From Schmidtea polychroa (taxonomy: Eukaryota), in NCBI GenBank assembly GCA_044892525.1, contig CM097885.1, forward strand, positions 40,860,001 to 40,924,000: a stretch of DNA of 64,000 nucleotides. The letters are read 5' to 3'. The notes under the pieces are model-generated. The model was not told the DNA's origin, did not search any database, and was given only the letters and a program-made list of their open reading frames with translations. The number at the start of each line of letters is the position of its first letter. The stretch's first letter is position 1. Shown here piece by piece: positions 24,548 through 40,500 of the stretch. The translations under genes were made by a program, and so were the position numbers.

Positions 24548-25549
24548 CTTAGAAACTAAAAACTTAGAAAATAATAATTATTTTAATAAATGACCTTGAA
24601 AAATTAAATGACCTTGAAAAGTAAATGACCTTGAAAATTAAATGACCTTGAAAATAATAAATGACCTTGACCTTTTATTTAAAAAATAAATGACCTTGAA
24701 AAAATAAATGACCTTGAAAATAATAAATGACCTTGAAAATAATAAATGACCTTGACCTTTTATTAAAAATTTGACCTTGACCTTGATGAGTCATCGTTCT
24801 AAAAATATTAGACATCGTTGGGTGAGTCATTGGGTGAGTCATTCTCTTTGTTAATATTAATGATGATGATACCTTCTATGGCTCATTCGAAAGGTCTTGG
24901 ACTGAGCTTTAAGATGAGGTATCGTCCAATAAATTCGGATAATGGGAACATTAATTTTTGGGATGAAAAAGAGTAGGGGCCCGCCAGACCACTTAATAAT
25001 TATATGACCTTGAAAATGATTTTTGGTAAAATGTTAATAACTTTGTCAATAATAATGATGATGATACCTTCATTAGCTCATTCGAAAGGTCTTGCATTGG
25101 GCTTTAAAATGAGGTATCGTCCAATAAAATCCGTTGGTGGGAACATTAATTTTTGGGATGAGAAAAAGTATGTCACCGCCCGGCCAATTAATAATATTTT
25201 GAATAATAATAATAATTTAACGTTGAAAAGATGGTGGTCATCAATTGTTAATAACTTTGTCACAAATAATGATGATGATACCTTCTATGAATCAATCGAA
25301 AGGTCTTGCATTGGGCTTTAAAATGAGCTATCGATGAATAATTATCGTTGTCGGGAACTCTGTACATTTAAATTTTAAAATATGACCTTGAAAAAATAAA
25401 TGACCTTGAAAAAATAAATGACCTTGAAAAAATAAATGACCTTGAAAAAATAAATGACCTTGAAAAAAAATAAATGACCTTGAAAAAAATAAATGACCTT
25501 GACCTTGACCTTGAAAATAATATTTTGAAAAATAAATGACCTTGAAAAA

Positions 25550-26150
25550 TGGTCTCGGTAAAACTTTAATAACTTTGCCGATGTTAATGATGATGATACC
25601 TTCTATGGCTCAATTGAAAGGTCTTAGACTACGCTTCAAAATAAGCTATCGATTAATAAATTCGGATAATGGGAACATTAATTTTTGGGATGAGAAAAAG
25701 TATGTCACCGCCCGGCCAATTAATAATATTTTGAATAATAATAATAATTTAACGTTGAAAAGATGGTGGTCATCAATTGTTAATAACTTTGTCAATAATA
25801 ATGATGATGATACCTTCTATGAATCAATCGAAAGGTCTTGCATTGGGCTTTAAAATGAGGTATCGTCCAATAAAATCCGTTGGTGGGAACATTAATTTTT
25901 GGGATGAGAAAAAGTATGTCACCGCCCGGCCAATTAATAATATTTTGAATAATAATAATAATTTAACGTTGAAAAGATGGTGGTCATCAATTGTTAATAA
26001 CTTTGTCAATATTAATGATGATGATACCTTCTATAAATCAATCGAAAGGTCTTGGACTGGGCTTTAAGATGAGGTATCGTCCAATAAAATCCGTTGGTGG
26101 GAACATTAATATTTGGGATGAAAAAAAGTGTGAGCCCGCCAGGCCAATTA
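25550..26150. repeat. Subterminal 214-bp tandem repeat, right arm (~3 copies; further copies ~24850-25350)
   Basis: Reverse complement of the left-arm array with fewer outer units. Confidence 0.9.
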
Positions 26151-26658
26151 ATTAAAACAAAAAATTAAAAAAAAAATTTTTTTTTCCCGGGGGGGAGGGA
26201 GGGGGTATATGTGGCGCGGGGAGCTCCTGATCTGGGGAGCTCACATCATACTACTCCGAAATATTGTTAAATGGGTTCAGTAGTTATTATTTCTGCATAC
26301 TTAGTTATTTTCCTTTAAAAATGTTTTACTTCAGTTGACTTTTTATGGGTTTCTTGAGCATAATTTTAATTTTAAACTTATTTTAATTTCAATATTATTC
26401 TCACCTAATTTTAATTTAATTTAATTTAATTTAATTGTTTTTAATATTTTAATATTTAATTTTAATTTAATATAACTTAAATTTATTTTAATATTATCAA
26501 AATATTATGAAAATATTTTTATTTATCCAATATTAATTGAATAAATACAATATTAATAATTTTCTATATTTATTTCCTTAAAATGTATATAAGGAATAAA
26601 ATAAAAAAAATAATAATATTTTGTTTAAATATCTAATTTATTCTTATTATTATTAATC

Positions 26659-27711
26659 ATGACTAAATTTACAATTGAAAGAAAAAAACTCGTTGTTGTT
26701 TTAATCGGATTGCCAGCAAGAGGTAAATCATACGTTTCGAAAAAACTTTGTAAATATTTCAACTGGTTGAATATTTCTGCACAAATCTTCAATGTTGGTA
26801 ACTACAGACGAGAACTTGAAGGAGAGTACACGGGAAATAATTTTTTCGATGGAAACAATGGCGATGCTCAAAAGATTCGTAAATTGTCTGCCGACTCAGC
26901 AATGAATGACATGATTGATTGGTTAGAAAACCATGACGGAAATATCGCGTTTTACGACGCAACTAACACGACCCGTGAAAGACGTCATTGGATTGAAATG
27001 TCCGTCAGTCAACATCAAATCGACATTTTGTATCTAGAAATTATATGTGATGATCAAGATACGATCAATGAAAATATTGAAAAAGTCAAATTATTCACAA
27101 GAGATTATTTACATTGTTCAAAAGATGAAGCCATTCAAGATTTCAAGTCAAGAATTGAACATTATGCAACAGTTTATGAACCCGTCGATGGAGAATTCGA
27201 TAAAAGCACCTCATTTATTCGAATTTTCAACAAAGGATCACGATTTGAAATCAATAAAATCGATTCCATTTTGAAACAAGAGATTTTCAATTTCATAAAA
27301 TCGATTCGGTTGACAAATCGGTCAATATATTTGTTTACTGACATTTCCAATGAATTCCAGGACGTTTTGACTACACCGAGGGCCAACCATGTCAAATTGG
27401 ATCTCAATGATGCTAATGAGCTATCAATGTCTGGAACGATAGCGATTGAGAAAAATGAAGAACAAATAAAGGATTTCAAACGTTTGCAGATGAATGAGAG
27501 CTCGGATGAAATGTTGATCCAGTTGATCCCGATTATATTAGAATCTGAAAAGCACGAATATATGTCAATATTTACTTCGGAAAGAATTTCTAAGGATTTA
27601 TTAAAATATTTTCATAATGAAATCATTCATGAAGAAACTTTGAGTCGGTCGACTATCCTGATCAACTGCTGCAGCAACAAGCCAACATATAATATTCATA
27701 TAGTCCGCTAA
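26659..27711 (+). CDS. PFKFB: 6-phosphofructo-2-kinase, copy 2
   Basis: Same ORF; differs from copy 1 by two amino acids (IRLTN vs IRLIN, SNEFQ vs SNELQ). Confidence 0.93.
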   Translation: MTKFTIERKKLVVVLIGLPARGKSYVSKKLCKYFNWLNISAQIFNVGNYRRELEGEYTGNNFFDGNNGDAQKIRKLSADSAMNDMIDWLENHDGNIAFYDATNTTRERRHWIEMSVSQHQIDILYLEIICDDQDTINENIEKVKLFTRDYLHCSKDEAIQDFKSRIEHYATVYEPVDGEFDKSTSFIRIFNKGSRFEINKIDSILKQEIFNFIKSIRLTNRSIYLFTDISNEFQDVLTTPRANHVKLDLNDANELSMSGTIAIEKNEEQIKDFKRLQMNESSDEMLIQLIPIILESEKHEYMSIFTSERISKDLLKYFHNEIIHEETLSRSTILINCCSNKPTYNIHIVR

Positions 27712-28560
27712 TTACTTTCATTAGAAAATAGTTTTATTTTATTTATTTTTTGACTGAATAAATTTATCTATTTAAATTATTTTCTTTATTTTACTTTATA
27801 TTTTATTTTAAATAAGTTCAATTAGGTATATTATTAGGTATTTTTTTATTTTATGTATTTTATATACAGTGTCATGAAATGAAGCGGACGATCAACATTT
27901 TTATGAAAGATTTCTGTGTTCGAAAAACAATCAAATGTTTTAAAAACGAACTTAAACGAACAGTTTTTCACGGTTTTTAATATATAGAAAAACTAAACAA
28001 ACATACATTTCATATTTTTTGGTAATATTTTAATTAATTTATGAAAATTATTAATTATCTAAACATTCAATTGTATATGTTTATAATATAATAATAAAGT
28101 TAATTTGATAATAATGGAGACTTACAATCACTACAGGCATAACCATCAAAATTACGTATTTTGATAACACTAAACACCTTTAAAATAAATAAAACTATAT
28201 ACTCAAAAACTATATAAAATTATAGCAAATTAATAAATGAATTGCAAAAAAATTTCAACTATTATTTAATCAAATAGCACAAAAATTAATAAATAATGAC
28301 ACAGAATTGCAATAAAAAGAAATTAAATATTTTTAAAATTTTTATTGTTTTAGTTGATGATAACATAAAAGTCTTAGTTTTGTTTTAGTAAAATATTATG
28401 TCATTTTTAAGATGTTGTTCTAATCGATGATTACGTCATTAATTTTAAAATTTCATTTTTAGTACACCTTTTTGAATTTACTCATCATTTTAAATAACTT
28501 GAAATATTTGAAATATTTTTATCCAAACAACACATGCTAATAAATTTAAAAAAATTTTGT

Positions 28561-31500
28561 CTTTAAAAATATTTAACCAATTACGCAATAGTATATATTC
28601 TTTATATTATCTTTGAAACAACTATGTTTAACCTATTATATAAGAAGTTAGGTATAGTTGCATCATTTGCATTTTTATGTTAATAATATTATTTTAGAAA
28701 TAATAATAATATCTTAAAATATTTTTATTAAAGTGATAATTTTTATGAAATAATTTTAAATAAATTCAATTAATATATCTCCATCTTTTATATGCCACTT
28801 CACAGTATTTAGCTCCCATAATCCATTAATGAATAATTTTACCATTTATTTGCACCCATTTGAATTATTAATTTATCATCTAGTAATGAATAATATCCTC
28901 ACTTTAATGAAGATTCTTACCACCTGAGAATAATATTGTTAATTTTATCAAAGTTTAAAGAATAAGAATTTTTATCAAAATTTGTAATAATTTGACTGAT
29001 TCAAAGATAAATTTGATGGAGTTAATTGGTTTTATTATATATACCCTTAGTTTATCCAACAAGATGTTACTGGGCACTGTTCATAGGGGTACTGGTCGTA
29101 AAGATACTGGTCGTAAAGGTACTGGTGTGTTTTAATGATTTTATTTAATCAAATTTTGGTGTTTAAGGCATTCATTGCTTATTTGTTAGAGTTATTGTTA
29201 ATTGGATTTAGTAAATATTCAAGTGAATTTCTATCATTTTGGTGAATTTTTATCATTTTTCTGAATTTCATGTTGATTGAATGAATATTTAATAATTTAA
29301 TGTTTTAATGGTGATTCTAATAAATTTAATTGATAAATTTAATTAATTTCTTTATAATTAGCGGAATTTTATTGACTTGTTTTTAAATAAAAGTTAGTTT
29401 TAATGACAGTTAGCTTAATAATCAAGTGAAAGGATTAATTTAAAATTAATTGGTGAGAGATTGGTTAATGTGGGAATCTTTTGATTATTTAAATGGATGA
29501 TGTTGGTAAGTGAAATTGCAATACATTAGTCAGTTATGAATCAATAATAATCAGAAATTATATCGTTTTATTAGGTTGTGATGGATGCGCTAAATTAATT
29601 TTGATTTATGGTTTAGAACAAATGTTTTATTAATTTTCTATTAATTATCCAGAGTGTAATTAAGGTAATTGACCAATTTATTTGGTTTTCACAATGAAAT
29701 ATTTGAAATCTTTAGAGATAAGTGGGATTGACATCAACTTTAAATTATTTTTATCTTTTTCGGGTGATTTTAATTAGAAATTATATCGGTTGAATATCGG
29801 TAAAATATGAACATTTGAAGAAATATATTTTATTGGATGGATAAGTTGAATTTTTCAATGCAACTACTCAGTTATATTGTACAGTAATATTTATTTTAAA
29901 TTTCGAGTAGAACAAAAATTTAATTATAACTGATTTTATCAATTGTTCAGAGTTAATGATTTTAGAAGATTTTAGTGAAATATGTGTGATTATAGGAATT
30001 ATAGATATAGTTATAGTCATTTAAAGCGGTTTTAAGGAATCTTATTAGTCTGAGGGAATATCAATAAAATATTTATCGATAAAATACTAATCTTTAAAGA
30101 CAGAGATATTTCAGGGAAATTTGATTCTTTTTAGATGATTTTATTTGAGAATTCGCTTGGATATAACAAATGATAGAATATTGTCATTTAAATGAATTTA
30201 CTGGTTTATTAGATGTTATCATTAGTTATCATTAGTTATCATTATTTTTCATCCAATTTTTCAAGTGAAGAGGATTTTCTTTTAAAGATCTATTTGTTAG
30301 TACATAGTGGTTGATATTTGTTAGAGTTTAATTGTAGATGATGCTAAGAAGATAGTGTATGTGATGAAGAATATTTTGTATTTAATTACTATTATTTTTA
30401 TGTGTTGCTAGTGGGTTGTCGGTACTTGGTATCTAGTTGATAGCATTTTGTTGATAGTGCTTAGTGCTTGGTATCTGGTTGGTTCCTTGTTGTTGTTGGC
30501 TAGTGAGGATGCATTGTTGGTACGAATCAACAATAACTATTTATTGAATATAAGTTTTACTTTGCAATAATAAGTCAGTAGTAATCAATTAAAAGAAGAA
30601 TATTTTGTGAATTAGAATTAAAATTATATGGACTTTTATTGTAATTTAAAATATTTTCAATTCCATCTGGTGTTTTGAAGTGGTTGATAATTATTCAGTT
30701 TTTGATGAAAATCATCATTTTTGTTAAATTTAGACACTTAGAAAAAGTTTTTCTACTGATTCTAATTAAAGATATTTTAAAAAAGCATTTGATAAAATAC
30801 GATGAAGAATATTTAGTTGATTGTTAGTAAATGGTACCTAGTTGTAAGTATTTGGTACTTATTAGTATCTAGTTAAAAATATTTAGTAATTTGTAGTTAG
30901 TATCAGATTGTAAATAGTACCAAAATAGTATCTAGTTGTTAGGTACCTAGTGGTTAACTGTTTGTTTGAAGTACATAGTTGTAAGTATCGAGTTGACATT
31001 TTATATTTTGACAAGCATATAAGAAATATTTTACTTGCTGGATTAAGAAGAGCTTATTACAAGCAAATACTTGATGAATAAATTTTATCTGTATGTATGT
31101 GTTGTTAATACATAGTACTTGGTAGCTGGTTGTAGATAGCTGGTAATTTTTGGTATGTAATTGTTGGATTATTATTAATATAACTATTATTATTATTATC
31201 ATTATTATTATTATTTTTATTATTATCATTGAAATTTGCATTTAAATTTATTTTTAAAAATTATTCCATTAAAATTTGCATTAAAAAATTTCATTTCTCA
31301 AAGAAAGTTGGTGGTTATTCAATCTTTTGATAATAAATTTAAAAATCTTACTTTAATTTACTTATTACATTACTTTAATTTAATAATTTAAAAATTTGAA
31401 CCTTAATTTACTTTAATCTAACTTTTTATTTACTAATTTTTCCTTAATATAACTGCCTACTTATTATCATTGAAAATCCATCTAAATTATCTTTAAAAAT

Positions 31501-34500
31501 TAACTTAAAAAATTATTACATTAAAATTTTACTTTAAATTTGTCTTTGAAAATTTTCATTTAAAATTATCATTGAAAATTAATTAATTAAAATTCCCATT
31601 AAAAATTACATTTCTCAAAATAGTTGGTGGTTATTCAATATTTTTTGCTAATAAATTTAAAAATTATTACTTTAATTTAAAAATTATTACTTTAAAAATA
31701 TTTAACCAATTACGCAATAGTATATATTCTTTATATTATCTTTGAAACAACTATGTTTAACCTATTATATAAGAAGTTAGGTATAGTTGCATCATTTGCA
31801 TTTTTATGTTAATAATATTATTTTAGAAATAATAATAATATCTTAAAATATTTTTATTAAAGTGATAATTTTTATGAAATAATTTTAAATAAATTCAATT
31901 AATATATCTCCATCTTTTATATGCCACTTCACAGTATTTAGCTCCCATAATCCATTAATGAATAATTTTACCATTTATTTGCACCCATTTGAATTATTAA
32001 TTTATCATCTAGTAATGAATAATATCCTCACTTTAATGAAGATTCTTACCACCTGAGAATAATATTGTTAATTTTATCAAAGTTTAAAGAATAAGAATTT
32101 TTATCAAAATTTGTGATAATTTGACTGATTCAAAGATAAATTTGATGGAGTTAATTGGTTTTATTATATATACCCTTAGTTTATCCAACAAGATGTTACT
32201 GGGCACTGTTCATAAGGGTACTGGTCGTAAAGGTACTGGTGTGTTTTAATGATTTTATTTAATCAAATTTTGGTGTTTAAGGCATTCATTGCTTATTTTT
32301 TAGAGTTATTGTTAGTTGGATTTAGTAAATATTCAAGTGAATTTCTATCATTTTGGTGAATTTTTATCATTTTTCTGAATTTCATGTTGATTGAATGAAT
32401 ATTTAATAATTTAATGTTTTAATGGTGATTCTAATAAATTTAATTGATAAATTTAATTAATTACTTTATAATTAGCGGAATTTTATTGACTTGTTTTTAA
32501 ATAAAAGTTAGTTTTAATGACAGTTAGCTTAATAATCAAGTGAAAGGATTAATTTAAAATTAATTGGTGAGAGATTGGTTAATGTGGGAATCTTTTGATT
32601 ATTTAAATGGATGATGTTGGTAAGTGAAATTGCAATACATTAGTCAGTTATGAATCAATAATAATCAGAAATTATATCGTTTTATTAGGTTGTGATGGAT
32701 GCGCTAAATTAATTTTGATTTATGGTTTAGAACAAATGTTTTATTAATTTTCTATTAATTATCCAGAGTGTAATTAAGGTAATTGACCAATTTATTTGGT
32801 TTTCACAATGAAATATTTGAAATCTTTAGAGATAAGTGGGATTGACATCAACTTTAAATTATTTTTATCTTTTTCGGGTGATTTTAATTAGAAATTATAT
32901 CGGTTGAATATCGGTAAAATATGAACATTTGAAGAAATATATTTTATTGGATGGATAAGTTGAATTTTTCAATGCAACTACTCAGTTATATTGTACAGTA
33001 ATATTTATTTTAAATTTCGAGTAGAACAAAAATTTAATTATAACTGATTTTATCAATTGTTCAGAGTTAATGATTTTAGAAGATTTTAGTGAAATATGTG
33101 TGATTATAGGAATTATAGATATAGTTATAGTCATTTAAAGCGGTTTTAAGGAATCTTATTAGTCTGAGGGAATATCAATAAAATATTTATCGATAAAATA
33201 CTAATCTTTAAAGACAGAGATATTTCAGGGAAATTTGATTCTTTTTAGATGATTTTATTTGAGAATTCGCTTGGATATAACAAATGATAGAATATTGTCA
33301 TTTAAATGAATTTACTGGTTTATTAGATGTTATCATTAGTGGGCTTATATCAGTGTCTTTTGGAATTTAATGATAATTATTTTAGTGCAGATTGCCTACT
33401 TTGATAATTGTAATGAATTTATTCTGATTATTTTGAATATATTGAGCAATCAGTCAATCAATTCGAGTACATATATTACTTTTACAAAAATAATTAAAAT
33501 TAATTTATTTCAATTAATTTATTCAATCTAAATAAATTATCTACTAAATCTTATTTCAAAGTTCTTAGAAAATTATTATCTTAGTTGATTTATATTAACT
33601 TGAATGATCAGTATTTTTTTATTTACTGGATGATTAATGACTAGAATTTAAAGTTCTTTCTTATCCATTGATTAAATTTTGATATTTATTTATTATGTTT
33701 TGAATAATTTAAATTTTTACAATAATTTATTCAATTTTTACCAAGGTATTGATGCGTTGAGTTCAAATTATTTTTCATCCAATTTTTCAAGTGAAGAGGA
33801 TTTTCTTTTAAAGATCTATTTGTTAGTACATAGTGGTTGATATTTGTTAGAGTTTTATTGTAGATGATGCTAAGAAGATAGTGTATGTGATGAAGAATAT
33901 TTTGTATTTAATTACTATTATTTTTATGTGTTGCTAGTGGGTTGTCGGTACTTGGTATCTAGTTGATAGCATTTTGTTGATAGTGCTTAGTGCTTGGTAT
34001 CTGGTTGGTTCCTTGTTGTTGTTGGCTAGTGAGGATGCATTGTTGGTACGAATCAACAATAACTATTTATTGAATATAAGTTTTACTTTTCAATAATAAG
34101 TCAGTAGTAATCAATTAAAAGAAGAATATTTTGTGAATTAGAATTAAAATTATATGGACTTTTATTGTAATTTAAAATATTTTCAATTCCATCTGGTGTT
34201 TTGAAGTGGTTGATAATTATTCAGTTTTTGATGAAAATCATCATTTTTGTTAAATTTAGACACTTAGAAAAAGTTTTTCTACTGATTCTAATTAAAGATA
34301 TTTTAAAAAAGCATTTGATAAAATACGATGAAGAATATTTAGTTGATTGTTAGTAAATGGTACCTAGTTGTAAGTATTTGGTACTTATTAGTATCTAGTT
34401 AAAAATATTTAGTAATTTGTAGTTAGTATCAGATTGTAAATAGTACCAAAATAGTATCTAGTTGTTAGGTACCTAGTGGTTAACTGTTTGTTTGAAGTAC

Positions 34501-37500
34501 ATAGTTGTAAGTATCGAGTTGACATTTTATATTTTGACAAGCATATAAGAAATATTTTACTTGCTGGATTAAGAAGAGCTTATTACAAGCAAATACTTGA
34601 TGAATAAATTTTATCTGTATGTATGTGTTGTTAATACATAGTACTTGGTAGCTGGTTGTAGATAGCTGGTAATTTTTGGTATGTAATTGTTGGATTATTA
34701 TTAATATAACTATTATTATTATTATTATCATTATTATTATTATTTTTATTATTATCATTGAAATTTGCATTTAAATTTATTTTTAAAAATTATTCCATTA
34801 AAATTTGCATTAAAAAATTTCATTTCTCAAAGAAAGTTGGTGGTTATTCAATCTTTTGATAATAAATTTAAAAATCTTACTTTAATTTACTTATTACATT
34901 ACTTTAATTTAATAATTTAAAAATTTGAACCTTAATTTACTTTAATCTAACTTTTTATTTACTAATTTTTCCTTAATATAACTGCCTACTTATTATCATT
35001 GAAAATCCATCTAAATTATCTTTAAAAATTAACTTAAAAAATTATTACATTAAAATTTTACTTTAAATTTGTCTTTGAAAATTTTCATTTAAAATTATCA
35101 TTGAAAATTAATTAATTAAAATTCCCATTAAAAATTACATTTCTCAAAATAGTTGGTGGTTATTCAATATTTTTTGCTAATAAATTTAAAAATTATTACT
35201 TTAATTTAAAAATTATTACTTTAAAAATATTTAACCAATTACGCAATAGTATATATTCTTTATATTATCTTTGAAACAACTATGTTTAACCTATTATATA
35301 AGAAGTTAGGTATAGTTGCATCATTTGCATTTTTATGTTAATAATATTATTTTAGAAATAATAATAATATCTTAAAATATTTTTATTAAAGTGATAATTT
35401 TTATGAAATAATTTTAAATAAATTCAATTAATATATCTCCATCTTTTATATGCCACTTCACAGTATTTAGCTCCCATAATCCATTAATGAATAATTTTAC
35501 CATTTATTTGCACCCATTTGAATTATTAATTTATCATCTAGTAATGAATAATATCCTCACTTTAATGAAGATTCTTACCACCTGAGAATAATATTGTTAA
35601 TTTTATCAAAGTTTAAAGAATAAGAATTTTTATCAAAATTTGTGATAATTTGACTGATTCAAAGATAAATTTGATGGAGTTAATTGGTTTTATTATATAT
35701 ACCCTTAGTTTATCCAACAAGATGTTACTGGGCACTGTTCATAAGGGTACTGGTCGTAAAGGTACTGGTGTGTTTTAATGATTTTATTTAATCAAATTTT
35801 GGTGTTTAAGGCATTCATTGCTTATTTTTTAGAGTTATTGTTAGTTGGATTTAGTAAATATTCAAGTGAATTTCTATCATTTTGGTGAATTTTTATCATT
35901 TTTCTGAATTTCATGTTGATTGAATGAATATTTAATAATTTAATGTTTTAATGGTGATTCTAATAAATTTAATTGATAAATTTAATTAATTACTTTATAA
36001 TTAGCGGAATTTTATTGACTTGTTTTTAAATAAAAGTTAGTTTTAATGACAGTTAGCTTAATAATCAAGTGAAAGGATTAATTTAAAATTAATTGGTGAG
36101 AGATTGGTTAATGTGGGAATCTTTTGATTATTTAAATGGATGATGTTGGTAAGTGAAATTGCAATACATTAGTCAGTTATGAATCAATAATAATCAGAAA
36201 TTATATCGTTTTATTAGGTTGTGATGGATGCGCTAAATTAATTTTGATTTATGGTTTAGAACAAATGTTTTATTAATTTTCTATTAATTATCCAGAGTGT
36301 AATTAAGGTAATTGACCAATTTATTTGGTTTTCACAATGAAATATTTGAAATCTTTAGAGATAAGTGGGATTGACATCAACTTTAAATTATTTTTATCTT
36401 TTTCGGGTGATTTTAATTAGAAATTATATCGGTTGAATATCGGTAAAATATGAACATTTGAAGAAATATATTTTATTGGATGGATAAGTTGAATTTTTCA
36501 ATGCAACTACTCAGTTATATTGTACAGTAATATTTATTTTAAATTTCGAGTAGAACAAAAATTTAATTATAACTGATTTTATCAATTGTTCAGAGTTAAT
36601 GATTTTAGAAGATTTTAGTGAAATATGTGTGATTATAGGAATTATAGATATAGTTATAGTCATTTAAAGCGGTTTTAAGGAATCTTATTAGTCTGAGGGA
36701 ATATCAATAAAATATTTATCGATAAAATACTAATCTTTAAAGACAGAGATATTTCAGGGAAATTTGATTCTTTTTAGATGATTTTATTTGAGAATTCGCT
36801 TGGATATAACAAATGATAGAATATTGTCATTTAAATGAATTTACTGGTTTATTAGATGTTATCATTAGTGGGCTTATATCAGTGTCTTTTGGAATTTAAT
36901 GATAATTATTTTAGTGCAGATTGCCTACTTTGATAATTGTAATGAATTTATTCTGATTATTTTGAATATATTGAGCAATCAGTCAATCAATTCGAGTACA
37001 TATATTACTTTTACAAAAATAATTAAAATTAATTTATTTCAATTAATTTATTCAATCTAAATAAATTATCTACTAAATCTTATTTCAAAGTTCTTAGAAA
37101 ATTATTATCTTAGTTGATTTATATTAACTTGAATGATCAGTATTTTTTTATTTACTGGATGATTAATGACTAGAATTTAAAGTTCTTTCTTATCCATTGA
37201 TTAAATTTTGATATTTATTTATTATGTTTTGAATAATTTAAATTTTTACAATAATTTATTCAATTTTTACCAAGGTATTGATGCGTTGAGTTCAAATTAT
37301 TTTTCATCCAATTTTTCAAGTGAAGAGGATTTTCTTTTAAAGATCTATTTGTTAGTACATAGTGGTTGATATTTGTTAGAGTTTAATTGTAGATGATGCT
37401 AAGAAGATAGTGTATGTGATGAAGAATATTTTGTATTTAATTACTATTATTTTTATGTGTTGCTAGTGGGTTGTCGGTACTTGGTATCTAGTTGATAGCA

Positions 37501-40500
37501 TTTTGTTGATAGTGCTTAGTGCTTGGTATCTGGTTGGTTCCTTGTTGTTGTTGGCTAGTGAGGATGCATTGTTGGTACGAATCAACAATAACTATTTATT
37601 GAATATAAGTTTTACTTTTCAATAATAAGTCAGTAGTAATCAATTAAAAGAAGAATATTTTGTGAATTAGAATTAAAATTATATGGACTTTTATTGTAAT
37701 TTAAAATATTTTCAATTCCATCTGGTGTTTTGAAGTGGTTGATAATTATTCAGTTTTTGATGAAAATCATCATTTTTGTTAAATTTAGACACTTAGAAAA
37801 AGTTTTTCTACTGATTCTAATTAAAGATATTTTAAAAAAGCATTTGATAAAATACGATGAAGAATATTTAGTTGATTGTTAGTAAATGGTACCTAGTTGT
37901 AAGTATTTGGTACTTATTAGTATCTAGTTAAAAATATTTAGTAATTTGTAGTTAGTATCAGATTGTAAATAGTACCAAAATAGTATCTAGTTGTTAGGTA
38001 CCTAGTGGTTAACTGTTTGTTTGAAGTACATAGTTGTAAGTATCGAGTTGACATTTTATATTTTGACAAGCATATAAGAAATATTTTACTTGCTGGATTA
38101 AGAAGAGCTTATTACAAGCAAATACTTGATGAATAAATTTTATCTGTATGTATGTGTTGTTAATACATAGTACTTGGTAGCTGGTTGTAGATAGCTGGTA
38201 ATTTTTGGTATGTAATTGTTGGATTATTATTAATATAACTATTATTATTATTATTATCATTATTATTATTATTTTTATTATTATCATTGAAATTTGCATT
38301 TAAATTTATTTTTAAAAATTATTCCATTAAAATTTGCATTAAAAAATTTCATTTCTCAAAGAAAGTTGGTGGTTATTCAATCTTTTGATAATAAATTTAA
38401 AAATCTTACTTTAATTTACTTATTACATTACTTTAATTTAATAATTTAAAAATTTGAACCTTAATTTACTTTAATCTAACTTTTTATTTACTAATTTTTC
38501 CTTAATATAACTGCCTACTTATTATCATTGAAAATCCATCTAAATTATCTTTAAAAATTAACTTAAAAAATTATTACATTAAAATTTTACTTTAAATTTG
38601 TCTTTGAAAATTTTCATTTAAAATTATCATTGAAAATTAATTAATTAAAATTCCCATTAAAAATTACATTTCTCAAAATAGTTGGTGGTTATTCAATATT
38701 TTTTGCTAATAAATTTAAAAATTATTACTTTAATTTAAAAATTATTACTTTAAAAATATTTAACCAATTACGCAATAGTATATATTCTTTATATTATCTT
38801 TGAAACAACTATGTTTAACCTATTATATAAGAAGTTAGGTATAGTTGCATCATTTGCATTTTTATGTTAATAATATTATTTTAGAAATAATAATAATATC
38901 TTAAAATATTTTTATTAAAGTGATAATTTTTATGAAATAATTTTAAATAAATTCAATTAATATATCTCCATCTTTTATATGCCACTTCACAGTATTTAGC
39001 TCCCATAATCCATTAATGAATAATTTTACCATTTATTTGCACCCATTTGAATTATTAATTTATCATCTAGTAATGAATAATATCCTCACTTTAATGAAGA
39101 TTCTTACCACCTGAGAATAATATTGTTAATTTTATCAAAGTTTAAAGAATAAGAATTTTTATCAAAATTTGTGATAATTTGACTGATTCAAAGATAAATT
39201 TGATGGAGTTAATTGGTTTTATTATATATACCCTTAGTTTATCCAACAAGATGTTACTGGGCACTGTTCATAAGGGTACTGGTCGTAAAGGTACTGGTGT
39301 GTTTTAATGATTTTATTTAATCAAATTTTGGTGTTTAAGGCATTCATTGCTTATTTTTTAGAGTTATTGTTAGTTGGATTTAGTAAATATTCAAGTGAAT
39401 TTCTATCATTTTGGTGAATTTTTATCATTTTTCTGAATTTCATGTTGATTGAATGAATATTTAATAATTTAATGTTTTAATGGTGATTCTAATAAATTTA
39501 ATTGATAAATTTAATTAATTTCTTTATAATTAGCGGAATTTTATTGACTTGTTTTTAAATAAAAGTTAGTTTTAATGACAGTTAGCTTAATAATCAAGTG
39601 AAAGGATTAATTTAAAATTAATTGGTGAGAGATTGGTTAATGTGGGAATCTTTTGATTATTTAAATGGATGATGTTGGTAAGTGAAATTGCAATACATTA
39701 GTCAGTTATGAATCAATAATAATCAGAAATTATATCGTTTTATTAGGTTGTGATGGATGCGCTAAATTAATTTTGATTTATGGTTTAGAACAAATGTTTT
39801 ATTAATTTTCTATTAATTATCCAGAGTGTAATTAAGGTAATTGACCAATTTATTTGGTTTTCACAATGAAATATTTGAAATCTTTAGAGATAAGTGGGAT
39901 TGACATCAACTTTAAATTATTTTTATCTTTTTCGGGTGATTTTAATTAGAAATTATATCGGTTGAATATCGGTAAAATATGAACATTTGAAGAAATATAT
40001 TTTATTGGATGGATAAGTTGAATTTTTCAATGCAACTACTCAGTTATATTGTACAGTAATATTTATTTTAAATTTCGAGTAGAACAAAAATTTAATTATA
40101 ACTGATTTTATCAATTGTTCAGAGTTAATGATTTTAGAAGATTTTAGTGAAATATGTGTGATTATAGGAATTATAGATATAGTTATAGTCATTTAAAGCG
40201 GTTTTAAGGAATCTTATTAGTCTGAGGGAATATCAATAAAATATTTATCGATAAAATACTAATCTTTAAAGACAGAGATATTTCAGGGAAATTTGATTCT
40301 TTTTAGATGATTTTATTTGAGAATTCGCTTGGATATAACAAATGATAGAATATTGTCATTTAAATGAATTTACTGGTTTATTAGATGTTATCATTAGTGG
40401 GCTTATATCAGTGTCTTTTGGAATTTAATGATAATTATTTTAGTGCAGATTGCCTACTTTGATAATTGTAATGAATTTATTCTGATTATTTTGAATATAT

